Origin: a bacterium
GTDB taxonomy: Bacteria; Elusimicrobiota; Elusimicrobia; UBA1565; UBA9628
Assembly (NCBI GenBank): GCA_021822495.1
Contig: JAKAQO010000005.1
Span: 42,548 to 106,547, forward strand
Reading direction: 5' to 3'
Length of the DNA: 64,000 nucleotides
The position numbers were made by a program, and so were the translations under genes. Within the stretch, counting starts at the first letter, position 1. Each line of letters opens with the position of its first letter. Of this stretch, positions 53,474 to 61,382 are shown in pieces. Below the pieces are notes generated by a model that made no database searches, was not told the DNA's origin, and was given only the letters and a program-made list of their open reading frames with translations.

Positions 53474-54619
53474 ATGGAAGATATTTTTATTCTCTCAGCC
53501 GCAAGAACACCGATTGGCTCATTAAACGGTTCTCTCGCCGCCTACAGCGCGCCGCAACTAGGAGGAAAAATTTTAGCTGAGGCGGTCAAACGAGCCGGAA
53601 TTTCGCCGGAAGTTTTAAGCGAAGTCGTCATGGGAAACGTATTATCCGGAGGAGTCGGTCAAGCCCCGGCCAGGCAAGCGATGATGGCGGCCCAATTTCC
53701 CGTTTCGGTGGGGGCGACAACTGTCAATAAGGTTTGCGGTTCCGGACTTAAGGCGGTCATGATGGCTGCCCAATCCATCGCCTTGGGCGAAGAAGATTAT
53801 GCCGCCGCGGGAGGAATGGAATCCATGTCCCAATCTCCCTTCCTGCTTGAAAAAGCTCGAAGCGGATACCGTTATGGAAACGGGGTTTTGATCGATTCCA
53901 TTTTAAAAGACGGTCTCATCGATCCCTATTCCAATTGGCACATGGGGGAATGCGGAGAATTGTGCGCGGAAACCCACTCCATCAGCCGTGAAATGCAGGA
54001 CGCTCACGCCGCCGAAAGTTACGCGCGGGCTCTTAAGGCTCAGCAAAGCGGCGCTTTTTCAGAGGAAATTTTCGCCATTGACGGAATCGCCTTGGATGAG
54101 GAGCCGGGCCGGGGAAAGCCGGAAAAAATAGCGCGTCTTAAACCCGCCTTTAAATCCGGCGGAACCATTACCGCGGCTAACGCCTCAAAACTCAACGACG
54201 GCGCCGCGGCTCTCGTTTTGGCCAGCGTCAAAGGCGCCGCCGGGAAAAAACCTTTAGCCCGCATCGCGGGATGGGCCACTTTTTCGCAAGAGCCCAAATG
54301 GTTTACGACCGCGCCAGCCGGAGCCATCGAAAAACTTCTCAAAAAGACGGGCTGGCCCAAGGAATCAGTTGATCTTTTAGAGGTGAACGAAGCCTTTAGC
54401 GTGGTCGCTTTAGCCGTTCAAAAGCTCGCGGGCCTTCAACCAGAAAAAATCAATGTCAACGGCGGGGCGGTCGCTTTAGGACATCCCCTGGGAGCCAGCG
54501 GAGCGCGAATTTTAGTCACGCTCTTATACGCTTTGAAAGCGCGGCAAGGAAAACGCGGAATTGCGGCCATTTGTCTGGGAGGGGGAGAATCCGTTGCCGT
54601 CGCCATCGAAAGAATTTAA
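53474..54619 (+). CDS. Acetyl-CoA C-acetyltransferase (thiolase II)
   Basis: AAGGAGG lies 6 nt upstream of the ATG at 53474. The active-site Cys region is NKVCGSGLKA and the C-terminal region is GHPLGASGARI...CLGGGESVA. The ORF tracker's upstream ATG at 53375 would translate through a REP. Confidence 0.85.
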   Translation: MEDIFILSAARTPIGSLNGSLAAYSAPQLGGKILAEAVKRAGISPEVLSEVVMGNVLSGGVGQAPARQAMMAAQFPVSVGATTVNKVCGSGLKAVMMAAQSIALGEEDYAAAGGMESMSQSPFLLEKARSGYRYGNGVLIDSILKDGLIDPYSNWHMGECGELCAETHSISREMQDAHAAESYARALKAQQSGAFSEEIFAIDGIALDEEPGRGKPEKIARLKPAFKSGGTITAANASKLNDGAAALVLASVKGAAGKKPLARIAGWATFSQEPKWFTTAPAGAIEKLLKKTGWPKESVDLLEVNEAFSVVALAVQKLAGLQPEKINVNGGAVALGHPLGASGARILVTLLYALKARQGKRGIAAICLGGGESVAVAIERI

Positions 54620-56096
54620 GCTTCCAAAAAAACTTTCGCTTTTCGATTTGAGGCTTTTGGACGGTTCGGTTCGGGCCGCCTTAGACCCTTTAAGCGCAAA
54701 AAAAATCAAAAAATCGCGCGCCATCGTCGAAAAAATTGCCGCTGGCCAAAACCCGGTCTATGGAATAAACACTGGTTTTGGCAGTCTCGCCTCCCAAAAA
54801 ATCCCCAAAGAAAACCTCCTCGAACTTCAAAAAAATCTCGTTCTCAGCCACGCCTGCGGGGTTGGGGAAATTTTAAGCGAAAAAGAAGCTAAGGCCATTC
54901 TGTTTTTACGGCTTAACGAGCTTTGCCGGGGTTATTCCGGCGTCAGAATGAATCTTGTCGAACATATGCTTCGAATTTTCAATTCCCCGGCTTCTCCGCG
55001 AATTCCCTCTCAAGGTTCCGTCGGGGCAAGCGGAGATTTGGCTCCTCAGGCGCACATGGCGATTCTTCTTCTTGGAGAGGGAGACGCATTTTTCAATGGG
55101 AAACTCATGCCCAGTAGGGAAATTTTGCGCGCGCTCAAACTATCGCCGCTCCAACTGGAAGCAAAAGAAGGCCTTTCTTTGATTAACGGAACGCAGGCCA
55201 TGCAAGCCGTGGGGGGACTGGCCCTATCCTCCGCCTATCGAATTTTTGAGACCGCGCAAAAAACCGCCGCGCTCAGCCTTGAGGCTCTCACCGGAAGCCC
55301 GGTTCCCTTTGAAGAGAAAATTCAAAAACTCAAACCCCACCCGGGTCAAATTGAAACGGGACGAACACTCACACAACTTTTGAAAGACAGCCCTCTCCGG
55401 AAATCTCACCTGCTCAACGATCTGCGCGTTCAGGACCCTTACAGTCTTCGTTGTCTTCCTCAAGTCCACGGCGCGGTCTTAGACGCGCTTGAGTTTTCCA
55501 GAAAAACCGTCGAGCGCGAAATGGAGAGCGTGACCGATAATCCTCTCGTCTTTCCTGACGGCAAAATTATTTCCGCCGGAAACTTTCATGGGCAAGCCTT
55601 GAGCTTCGCTTTTGATTTCGCGGCCATGGCCCTGACCTCCCTGGGAAACATCTCCGAACGAAGAACTTTCCAACTAATTTTAGGTCAAGCTCCGCGGCTT
55701 AAGCCTTTTTTGGCCCAAAGACCCGGACTTGAGTCTGGTTGGATGATTGCCCAAGTCGCGGCGGCGGCCCTGGCCTCTGAAAACAAAACCCTCGCCCACC
55801 CCGCCTCCTCCGATTCAATACCGACCTCGGCCAATCAGGAAGACTTTGTCAGCATGGGAATGAACGCGGCGCTCAAACTTAAGCGAATTCTCCAAAACGT
55901 TTCCCGCATCGTCGCTATTGAAATGCTTTGCGCGGCCTGCGCGATGGAATCGCATAAACCCCTCAAGCCCGGAAAAGGAATTCGCGATTTTATCAAGAAA
56001 CTGAACGCTCAAATAGACACCTCGCCCAGAGAGCGCCCTTTATCTCCTGAAATTGAAAAAGCCCATCTTTTAATTTTAGATGGATATTTCGATTGA
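54561..56096 (+). CDS. hutH: Histidine ammonia-lyase
   Basis: The MIO-forming ASG triad is in GSVGASGDLAPQAH, and YGINTGFG is present. The ATG start at 54561 overlaps the thiolase by 59 nt. An alternative TTG at 54648 gives an N-terminus (M-RLLDGS) that aligns better with known HutH N-termini. Confidence 0.7.
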   Translation: MRPFVWEGENPLPSPSKEFKLPKKLSLFDLRLLDGSVRAALDPLSAKKIKKSRAIVEKIAAGQNPVYGINTGFGSLASQKIPKENLLELQKNLVLSHACGVGEILSEKEAKAILFLRLNELCRGYSGVRMNLVEHMLRIFNSPASPRIPSQGSVGASGDLAPQAHMAILLLGEGDAFFNGKLMPSREILRALKLSPLQLEAKEGLSLINGTQAMQAVGGLALSSAYRIFETAQKTAALSLEALTGSPVPFEEKIQKLKPHPGQIETGRTLTQLLKDSPLRKSHLLNDLRVQDPYSLRCLPQVHGAVLDALEFSRKTVEREMESVTDNPLVFPDGKIISAGNFHGQALSFAFDFAAMALTSLGNISERRTFQLILGQAPRLKPFLAQRPGLESGWMIAQVAAAALASENKTLAHPASSDSIPTSANQEDFVSMGMNAALKLKRILQNVSRIVAIEMLCAACAMESHKPLKPGKGIRDFIKKLNAQIDTSPRERPLSPEIEKAHLLILDGYFD

Positions 56097-56127
56097 CAAA
56101 AGACTCAAACTTCTCTAAGATAAAACC

Positions 56128-56802
56128 ATGAACGCCTATACAAGCTTGATCCTTGATCCGTTAAGCGACGCCTTAACACGTTTTGCGTCGCATCTGCCGC
56201 AGCTCGCGGCGGCGATTGTCTTATTGATTATCGGAATGTTCGTGGCCAGAGCTTTGCGCACGGTCGTTGACAAGCTCTTTGAGCGCGCTCATCTTGACGA
56301 GTATACCAGCAGAATCGGGCTCAACGAGGTTTTCTCGCATTTGGGCTTTGGGAAATCTCCCGCTTATGTGGCCTCGTTTCTGATCTACTGGTTTATTTTG
56401 TTTATCTTCATTATTTCCGCGGCCAATGCGGTGAACATGACGGTGGTTTCAAATCTCCTTGAGAAATTCGCGCTTTTCCTGCCCACACTGGTCGCAGCCC
56501 TTCTCATTCTGTTTGGAGGACTTTTTTTCGCGCGTTTTCTCTCGACCGTCGTTGAGAACGCGGCAAAGTCAAACGGCATAGCCGGAAGCGCTTTTATCGC
56601 TGAGATTGCCTATACCTTCGTTCTTGTATTCACGGCGATGACCGCTCTTCAACAGTTGGGATTTAAAATGGAACTCTTAACAGTCGCAATCGAAATTATT
56701 TTTGCCTCGGTAGGCCTGGCTGCGGCCATCGCTTTTGGTTTGGGCGGAAAAGAAGCGGCGGCTGATTTAATCCGCGATTTTGTCAAGAAATCAAAAGGTT
56801 AA
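56128..56802 (+). CDS. Membrane protein with repeated conserved TM-helix motifs (TM_helix/MscS-N-like)
   Basis: Four or five TM helices. The family assignment is weak. Confidence 0.3.
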   Translation: MNAYTSLILDPLSDALTRFASHLPQLAAAIVLLIIGMFVARALRTVVDKLFERAHLDEYTSRIGLNEVFSHLGFGKSPAYVASFLIYWFILFIFIISAANAVNMTVVSNLLEKFALFLPTLVAALLILFGGLFFARFLSTVVENAAKSNGIAGSAFIAEIAYTFVLVFTAMTALQQLGFKMELLTVAIEIIFASVGLAAAIAFGLGGKEAAADLIRDFVKKSKG

Positions 56803-56807
56803 AAGAT

Positions 56808-56880
56808 TGGGCCGTAGAGGATTTGAACCTCTGACATCTGTCGTGTGAGGACAGCGCTCTACCGCTGAGCTAACGGCCCG
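56808..56880 (-). tRNA. tRNA-Val (anticodon CAC)
   Basis: The reverse complement reads GGGCCGT TA GCTC AGCGGTA GAGC G CTGTC CTCACAC GACAG ATGTC AGAGG TTCAAAT CCTCT ACGGCCC A. Confidence 0.8.
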
Positions 56881-56904
56881 ATTTTCTAATTTTACAAAAT
56901 TTAG

Positions 56905-56925
56905 ATAGTTAGGGACAGTCCCTAA
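56905..56925. repeat. REP variant with an extended 8-bp stem, TTAGGGAC-A-GTCCCTAA (56910-56926)
   Basis: The core GGGACAGTCCC lies upstream of the tRNA-Val 5' end and the next gene. Confidence 0.45.
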
Positions 56926-56933
56926 TTCTCATT

Positions 56934-57971
56934 ATGAAGCTTTTAAGTTTTGAAATTTCAACGCCATTAGGACCTCAGGAGCGCCTCGGGGTTTTATGGG
57001 GCGTTCATATCGTCGATCTCAACCTCGCCGCCCGTCTTAGATTTAAAGCGGAAGAGAAATCCAATCCTGAAAGACTGGCCAATGCCTTCGTTCCGCCGGA
57101 AATCATCGCTTTTTTAGAGATGGGAAATGAATCTTTCTTGGCCGCAAAGGAAACGCTTAAATTTTTGGAGACTCAATTTTCCCAAAAAACGCCTTTGGGG
57201 ACGAAAGGCGAAAAGATATTTTATTTAGAGACGGAAATCCGTTATCTTCCGCCCGTTCCTCATCCCGGCGCGCTAAGAGATTTTTTCGCTTTTGAAGATC
57301 ACGCCCTTAAGGCCTCCGAGCGCCGCAACGAGCCCCTGAGCCAATCTTGGTATGATCAACCCATTTATTATAAAGGAAATCACCGGGAAATTTATGGGCA
57401 TAGGGCGATGATTCCCTGGCCTAGTTATACCCGGCGTTTTGATTTTGAACTTGAAATCGCCTGCATCATTAAAAAGAAGGGCCGCGACATTCCGGTTGAA
57501 AAAGCGGGCGACTATATCGCCGGATATTCGATTTTAAACGATTTTTCCGCCCGCGATATTCAAAAAAACGAGATGGTTTGCCGCATGGGCCCCGCCAAGG
57601 GCAAAGATTTCGCGACCGGCCTCGGGCCTTATCTGGTGACGCCTGATGAAATCAAAAACCAAAATAATCTCCCGATGTCTGTTTCCATCAACGGGGAAAA
57701 ATGGAGCGAGGGAAATTCCGGCGGCCGGTATTGGAGTTTTGAGACCATGATTTCCCACATCTCCCAGGAAGAAACGATTTATCCCGGAGACATTCTGGGA
57801 TCGGGCACCTATTACCGCGGTTGCGGGCTGGATTTAGACCGTTGGGTCAAAGCTGGCGACATCATCGAACTTGAAGTCGAAGGCCTTGGAAAACTCATCA
57901 ACACCGTTGGAACGCCCAAAGAGCAAAAACAGCTAAAATACCCGAGAAAAGAACATGCCCTTGATCGTTAA
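56934..57971 (+). CDS. Fumarylacetoacetate hydrolase (FAH) family protein
   Basis: The FAH-fold C-terminal region: GYSILNDFSARDIQ...MGPAKGKDF...PGDILGSGT. Confidence 0.6.
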   Translation: MKLLSFEISTPLGPQERLGVLWGVHIVDLNLAARLRFKAEEKSNPERLANAFVPPEIIAFLEMGNESFLAAKETLKFLETQFSQKTPLGTKGEKIFYLETEIRYLPPVPHPGALRDFFAFEDHALKASERRNEPLSQSWYDQPIYYKGNHREIYGHRAMIPWPSYTRRFDFELEIACIIKKKGRDIPVEKAGDYIAGYSILNDFSARDIQKNEMVCRMGPAKGKDFATGLGPYLVTPDEIKNQNNLPMSVSINGEKWSEGNSGGRYWSFETMISHISQEETIYPGDILGSGTYYRGCGLDLDRWVKAGDIIELEVEGLGKLINTVGTPKEQKQLKYPRKEHALDR

Positions 57972-59163
57972 GCGCGGAGAAGTTCCCAAAACCCCGCACA
58001 CCGAATTTTACGGGCGGAAAAATATTTTATCCCTTGAAGAGATTCATGGAACCTATGGTTTTTCCGGGGCCTTTTCAAGAAAAATGCACTTGCGCCGCTA
58101 TCCTACGGTTCAAACGGAAAGCCCAAAACTTTTGCCTTTAAGTCTCACAAGTCCGCTTCTTCAAAACGCCCCGCTCAGCCCTTATCATCTCCTGACCGGT
58201 AAAATTCCCTATCAAGAAACTTTCGAGTGTTCAAGGCATTGTCTTCTCAAAGGTCTCACCGCATCAATTTCAGTTTCCAAACCCCTCCTTTCATCCCCAG
58301 AAAACGAGTTTTTTAGGAACGCGGAAAGACATGAATGTCTTTTCGTCCAGGAGGGAAACGGGATTTTAGCCAGCGAATACGGAGAACTTAAATTTAAAGA
58401 AAGACAATATCTCGTGATTCCCAAGGGAACGACCTATCAATTCCGCCTTTCAACAAAGCGCGCTTTTTTTCTCATCATCGAATCTCTTTACCCCATTCGG
58501 TTCGCGCCGCACTACCTCAATTCCGACGGTCAGGCGACCTTGATGTCTCCGGTCATTGAAACTGAAATCGGAATTCCCGATTTTAAAGAGCCTTTAGATA
58601 TCTCGGGGAAATTTAACATTCTTTCCAAACACAACGATGGGCAAGTCACAAAAATCGTCTTGGGCCATCATCCCTTTGATCTCATCGGCTGGGAAGGGGC
58701 GCTTTACCCCTTTAGCTTTGACTCATCCGATCATCATTCCATCGCCCGGGAAATTCACACCGCGCCTCCAGTTCGGCAAACCTTTCAGGCTGGAAACGCG
58801 CCGCATAGCGGTTTTTCCATCTGCACCTTCCGAGCTCAAATTGAGGGTTGGAATCCCAAGGACGTGCCTGCGCCCTACGCGCATTATAACGTCGATTCCG
58901 ATGAAATGATGTTTTTTTCAAACACGACTTACGAAGCCAGAAAAGGAATTGTTGAACCGGGATCCATTACCTTTCATCCGGCCGGGCTTCCGCACAGCCC
59001 GCATGGAGACGCCGCCAAAAAATCGTTTAGCTCCCGCGGAAAGCTTTCGAATTATTTAGCCGTCATGTTGGATACTTTTTTTGAATCTCTTCAGCCTACC
59101 AAAGAAGCCCTCAAATACCACGACCCCCAATATCCGCTCAGTTGGGCTAGGGCGCAAATATGA
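57955..59163 (+). CDS. Cupin-type dioxygenase, homogentisate 1,2-dioxygenase-like
   Basis: The size, the C-terminal ITFHPAGLPHSPHG, and the adjacent FAH gene suggest the homogentisate branch of aromatic amino-acid catabolism. The N-terminus is atypical. Confidence 0.35.
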   Translation: MPLIVKRGEVPKTPHTEFYGRKNILSLEEIHGTYGFSGAFSRKMHLRRYPTVQTESPKLLPLSLTSPLLQNAPLSPYHLLTGKIPYQETFECSRHCLLKGLTASISVSKPLLSSPENEFFRNAERHECLFVQEGNGILASEYGELKFKERQYLVIPKGTTYQFRLSTKRAFFLIIESLYPIRFAPHYLNSDGQATLMSPVIETEIGIPDFKEPLDISGKFNILSKHNDGQVTKIVLGHHPFDLIGWEGALYPFSFDSSDHHSIAREIHTAPPVRQTFQAGNAPHSGFSICTFRAQIEGWNPKDVPAPYAHYNVDSDEMMFFSNTTYEARKGIVEPGSITFHPAGLPHSPHGDAAKKSFSSRGKLSNYLAVMLDTFFESLQPTKEALKYHDPQYPLSWARAQI

Positions 59164-59169
59164 AAACAG

Positions 59170-59222
59170 AAAAAGGGGACAGTCCCCTTTTTAGCAAAAA
59201 AAGGGGACTGTCCCCTTTTTTT
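59170..59222. repeat. REP inverted doublet; cores 59175-59187 and 59203-59215
   Basis: The doublet lies between the dioxygenase stop and the GTG start of the flavin reductase. Confidence 0.6.
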
Positions 59223-59225
59223 CCC

Positions 59226-59825
59226 GTGGATGTGGACAACTTAAGCGTCCGGGAGCGCTACCATCTTCTGGTTTCAACCGTTATTCCGCGCCCCATCGCC
59301 TGGGTTTCAAGCGTTAATCAAAAGGGGCAAACCAACCTCGCGCCGTTTAGTTTTTTTAATGCCATCGCGGCCAACCCCATGAGCGTCTGTTTTGCTCCCG
59401 TCAACGATCGGAACGGAAAGCCCAAGGATACGCTTCTCAATATCAAGGAAACCAGACAATTCGTCGTCAATATCGCCAATGAAGATAATGCGGAAAAGAT
59501 GAACGCGACTTCCGAAACCTATCCCTACGGAGTCAGCGAATTTGAAAAGGCGGGACTCACCCCGCTTCCATCTTTAAAGGTTAAGCCGCCGCGTGTTTTG
59601 GAATCGCCCGTCCAGATGGAATGCGAACTGCTCCAAATTGTCACTTTAAGCGAAGGCCCCTTGGGCGGGAATCTCGTTATCGGCAAAGTCGTTATGTTTC
59701 ACGCCGATGAAAAAATATGGAATAATGGGGATATTCGGCATCAAGATTTAAAAGCCGTGGGCCGCATGGCGGGAAATTGGTATGCGAGAACCCGAGACGC
59801 TTTTGAGCTGATAAGGCCCAAATAA
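59226..59825 (+). CDS. Flavin reductase-like FMN-binding domain protein
   Basis: RPIAWVSSVNQKGQTNLAPFSFFNAIAANP is typical of Flavin_Reduct. I chose the GTG start at 59226, after the REPs; the ORF tracker's ATG at 59160 would translate the REPs. Confidence 0.6.
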   Translation: MDVDNLSVRERYHLLVSTVIPRPIAWVSSVNQKGQTNLAPFSFFNAIAANPMSVCFAPVNDRNGKPKDTLLNIKETRQFVVNIANEDNAEKMNATSETYPYGVSEFEKAGLTPLPSLKVKPPRVLESPVQMECELLQIVTLSEGPLGGNLVIGKVVMFHADEKIWNNGDIRHQDLKAVGRMAGNWYARTRDAFELIRPK

Positions 59826-59840
59826 AGAGGAGAAACTTTA

Positions 59841-60599
59841 ATGAAAAAACCATTCATGAATTTTGTCGTGGACCACATGACTTTTCTGGTTGAACCTCGG
59901 TTTTATCCCGTAACCTACGCCCTCTTTAGAATTATCTTTGGGCTTGGAGATGAGGATATCATCTACAACAAACGCCGCAAATGGCCAGGGGAAAATCAGG
60001 AAAAATCCATGACCTTTGCCGCGCGCCTGGGGAAATACGAGGGAAAGCCCGGACTCGATCAATCCATCGTCGCCGTCGTTCAGCCTTCCGAGCCTGATTC
60101 CCAACCTTCTCATGTCCGGGAAATGCTCAAAACTCGGGGAGGCTCGGCCCATTGGCAGCATATCGCGCTCAGAACGCCGGATTTGATGGCCTTTCACAAA
60201 TACGCGCTTGAGCGGGGGGTCAATTTCATCACGCCCATTCTCAAGGACGCGGAAGAAGATTTAATTCAGGTTTTTAGCGGAGAGTGGAAGCTCCCCGGAA
60301 TGCCGCCGAGCGGCATCTTTTTTGAGTTCGTGCAAAGAAACCCTTCAAAAGAACTTCTTGAAAAGATTTCTTCCAACCGCGAGGCCTTTTTCCGCGATAA
60401 AACATTTTTGGGACTTTATCAAGAAAAAGAAGCTGAATATCAAAGCAAAAAAGTCCGTCCTTTCATTGACGACGAACTTTTCTTTGAAATCGAGAAATCG
60501 CTGGCGGGAAAACCCATCTGGGAATTGGGCGAAAAAGATTTTCGCGTGGTTGAAGAAAAAATGAAAAACTACGCGCGCGCCCTGCTTGCCCATTCCTAA
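59841..60599 (+). CDS. VOC/glyoxalase-fold protein with a 4-hydroxyphenylpyruvate dioxygenase-like C-terminal motif
   Basis: HIALRTPD...FFEFVQR resembles the HPPD C-terminal domain. Supporting context is the nearby homogentisate-dioxygenase-like and FAH genes. Confidence 0.3.
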   Translation: MKKPFMNFVVDHMTFLVEPRFYPVTYALFRIIFGLGDEDIIYNKRRKWPGENQEKSMTFAARLGKYEGKPGLDQSIVAVVQPSEPDSQPSHVREMLKTRGGSAHWQHIALRTPDLMAFHKYALERGVNFITPILKDAEEDLIQVFSGEWKLPGMPPSGIFFEFVQRNPSKELLEKISSNREAFFRDKTFLGLYQEKEAEYQSKKVRPFIDDELFFEIEKSLAGKPIWELGEKDFRVVEEKMKNYARALLAHS

Positions 60600-60611
60600 G
60601 AAAACCGTCGT

Positions 60612-61382
60612 TTATTTCCGCGGAGAGAGTAGGCCGCGCAAAGAGAACTCAGCGCTCACATCGCCTAAAATAGCGTCTTCTCCAAAGGCGGCCATTTCAA
60701 GCCTGGCCGAATTAAAAGTTTTTTTCCCTGGACGGATATCAAGACCAGCGATATAAATTTTTCCAGAACTCGCATAATTTTCGCCAAAGCTTATTTTTTG
60801 CCTATCTAGTTGATGAGAATCCAGGAACTTTTCCGCTTGGTTTTTATCGAGAATAGAAACAATGACCGGCTGAACCTTGATTAAGCGCTTTTGGGAAATA
60901 AAAAATCTCAATTCCAGATGTTTGCGCAATTCTTTCAATGATTTGGGAAACAGCGAAATAATGAGTTCTCCCTTGACTGGATTTCCGTAAAGCGCGGCAA
61001 GAACCTTGGCGGAAGACTCCTCACCCTTGAGAACCTTTTTAAGCGTCACTTTCTTAGTCTTTTTATTTTTAATTTTCTCAACCACATTTTGAATCTGGCG
61101 AATAAATAGCGCGGATTTAAACTTTTTCTTTTTTTCTTTAAAAACCGAAATAGGCTTCCAATGCGCTGAATCTTTTGGAATAAAAACACCTGAAGACGCT
61201 TTGTGTTTTTTCGCCTTTTTCTTTAATTTTTTTTTATTTTTTTTGTTTGAGCTCTTCGGCAAGGCCTTATGATGGGGTTTTGATTGCAGCGGAGCGTTTT
61301 GAGAGTTTTGAGCCGGCAAATTCATGGAAAACGCAGCCGATAAAAAAAGCCCAAGCGTCAAAAGCGAAAAAAGTTTTTTCAT
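60612..61382 (-). CDS. Secreted Lys-rich hypothetical protein
   Basis: A signal peptide is followed by a poly-K stretch (KKNKKKLKKKAKKHK). No recognisable domain. Confidence 0.3.
   Translation of the reverse strand: MKKLFSLLTLGLFLSAAFSMNLPAQNSQNAPLQSKPHHKALPKSSNKKNKKKLKKKAKKHKASSGVFIPKDSAHWKPISVFKEKKKKFKSALFIRQIQNVVEKIKNKKTKKVTLKKVLKGEESSAKVLAALYGNPVKGELIISLFPKSLKELRKHLELRFFISQKRLIKVQPVIVSILDKNQAEKFLDSHQLDRQKISFGENYASSGKIYIAGLDIRPGKKTFNSARLEMAAFGEDAILGDVSAEFSLRGLLSPRK

Noticed and set aside
23201-59222. The regularly structured repeats with short spacers could be mistaken for CRISPR arrays.
   Set aside because: The repeats are only 13 nt, fully palindromic, embedded in A/T tracts, occur at most two per locus and are scattered at gene ends. 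There are no arrays, leaders or cas genes.
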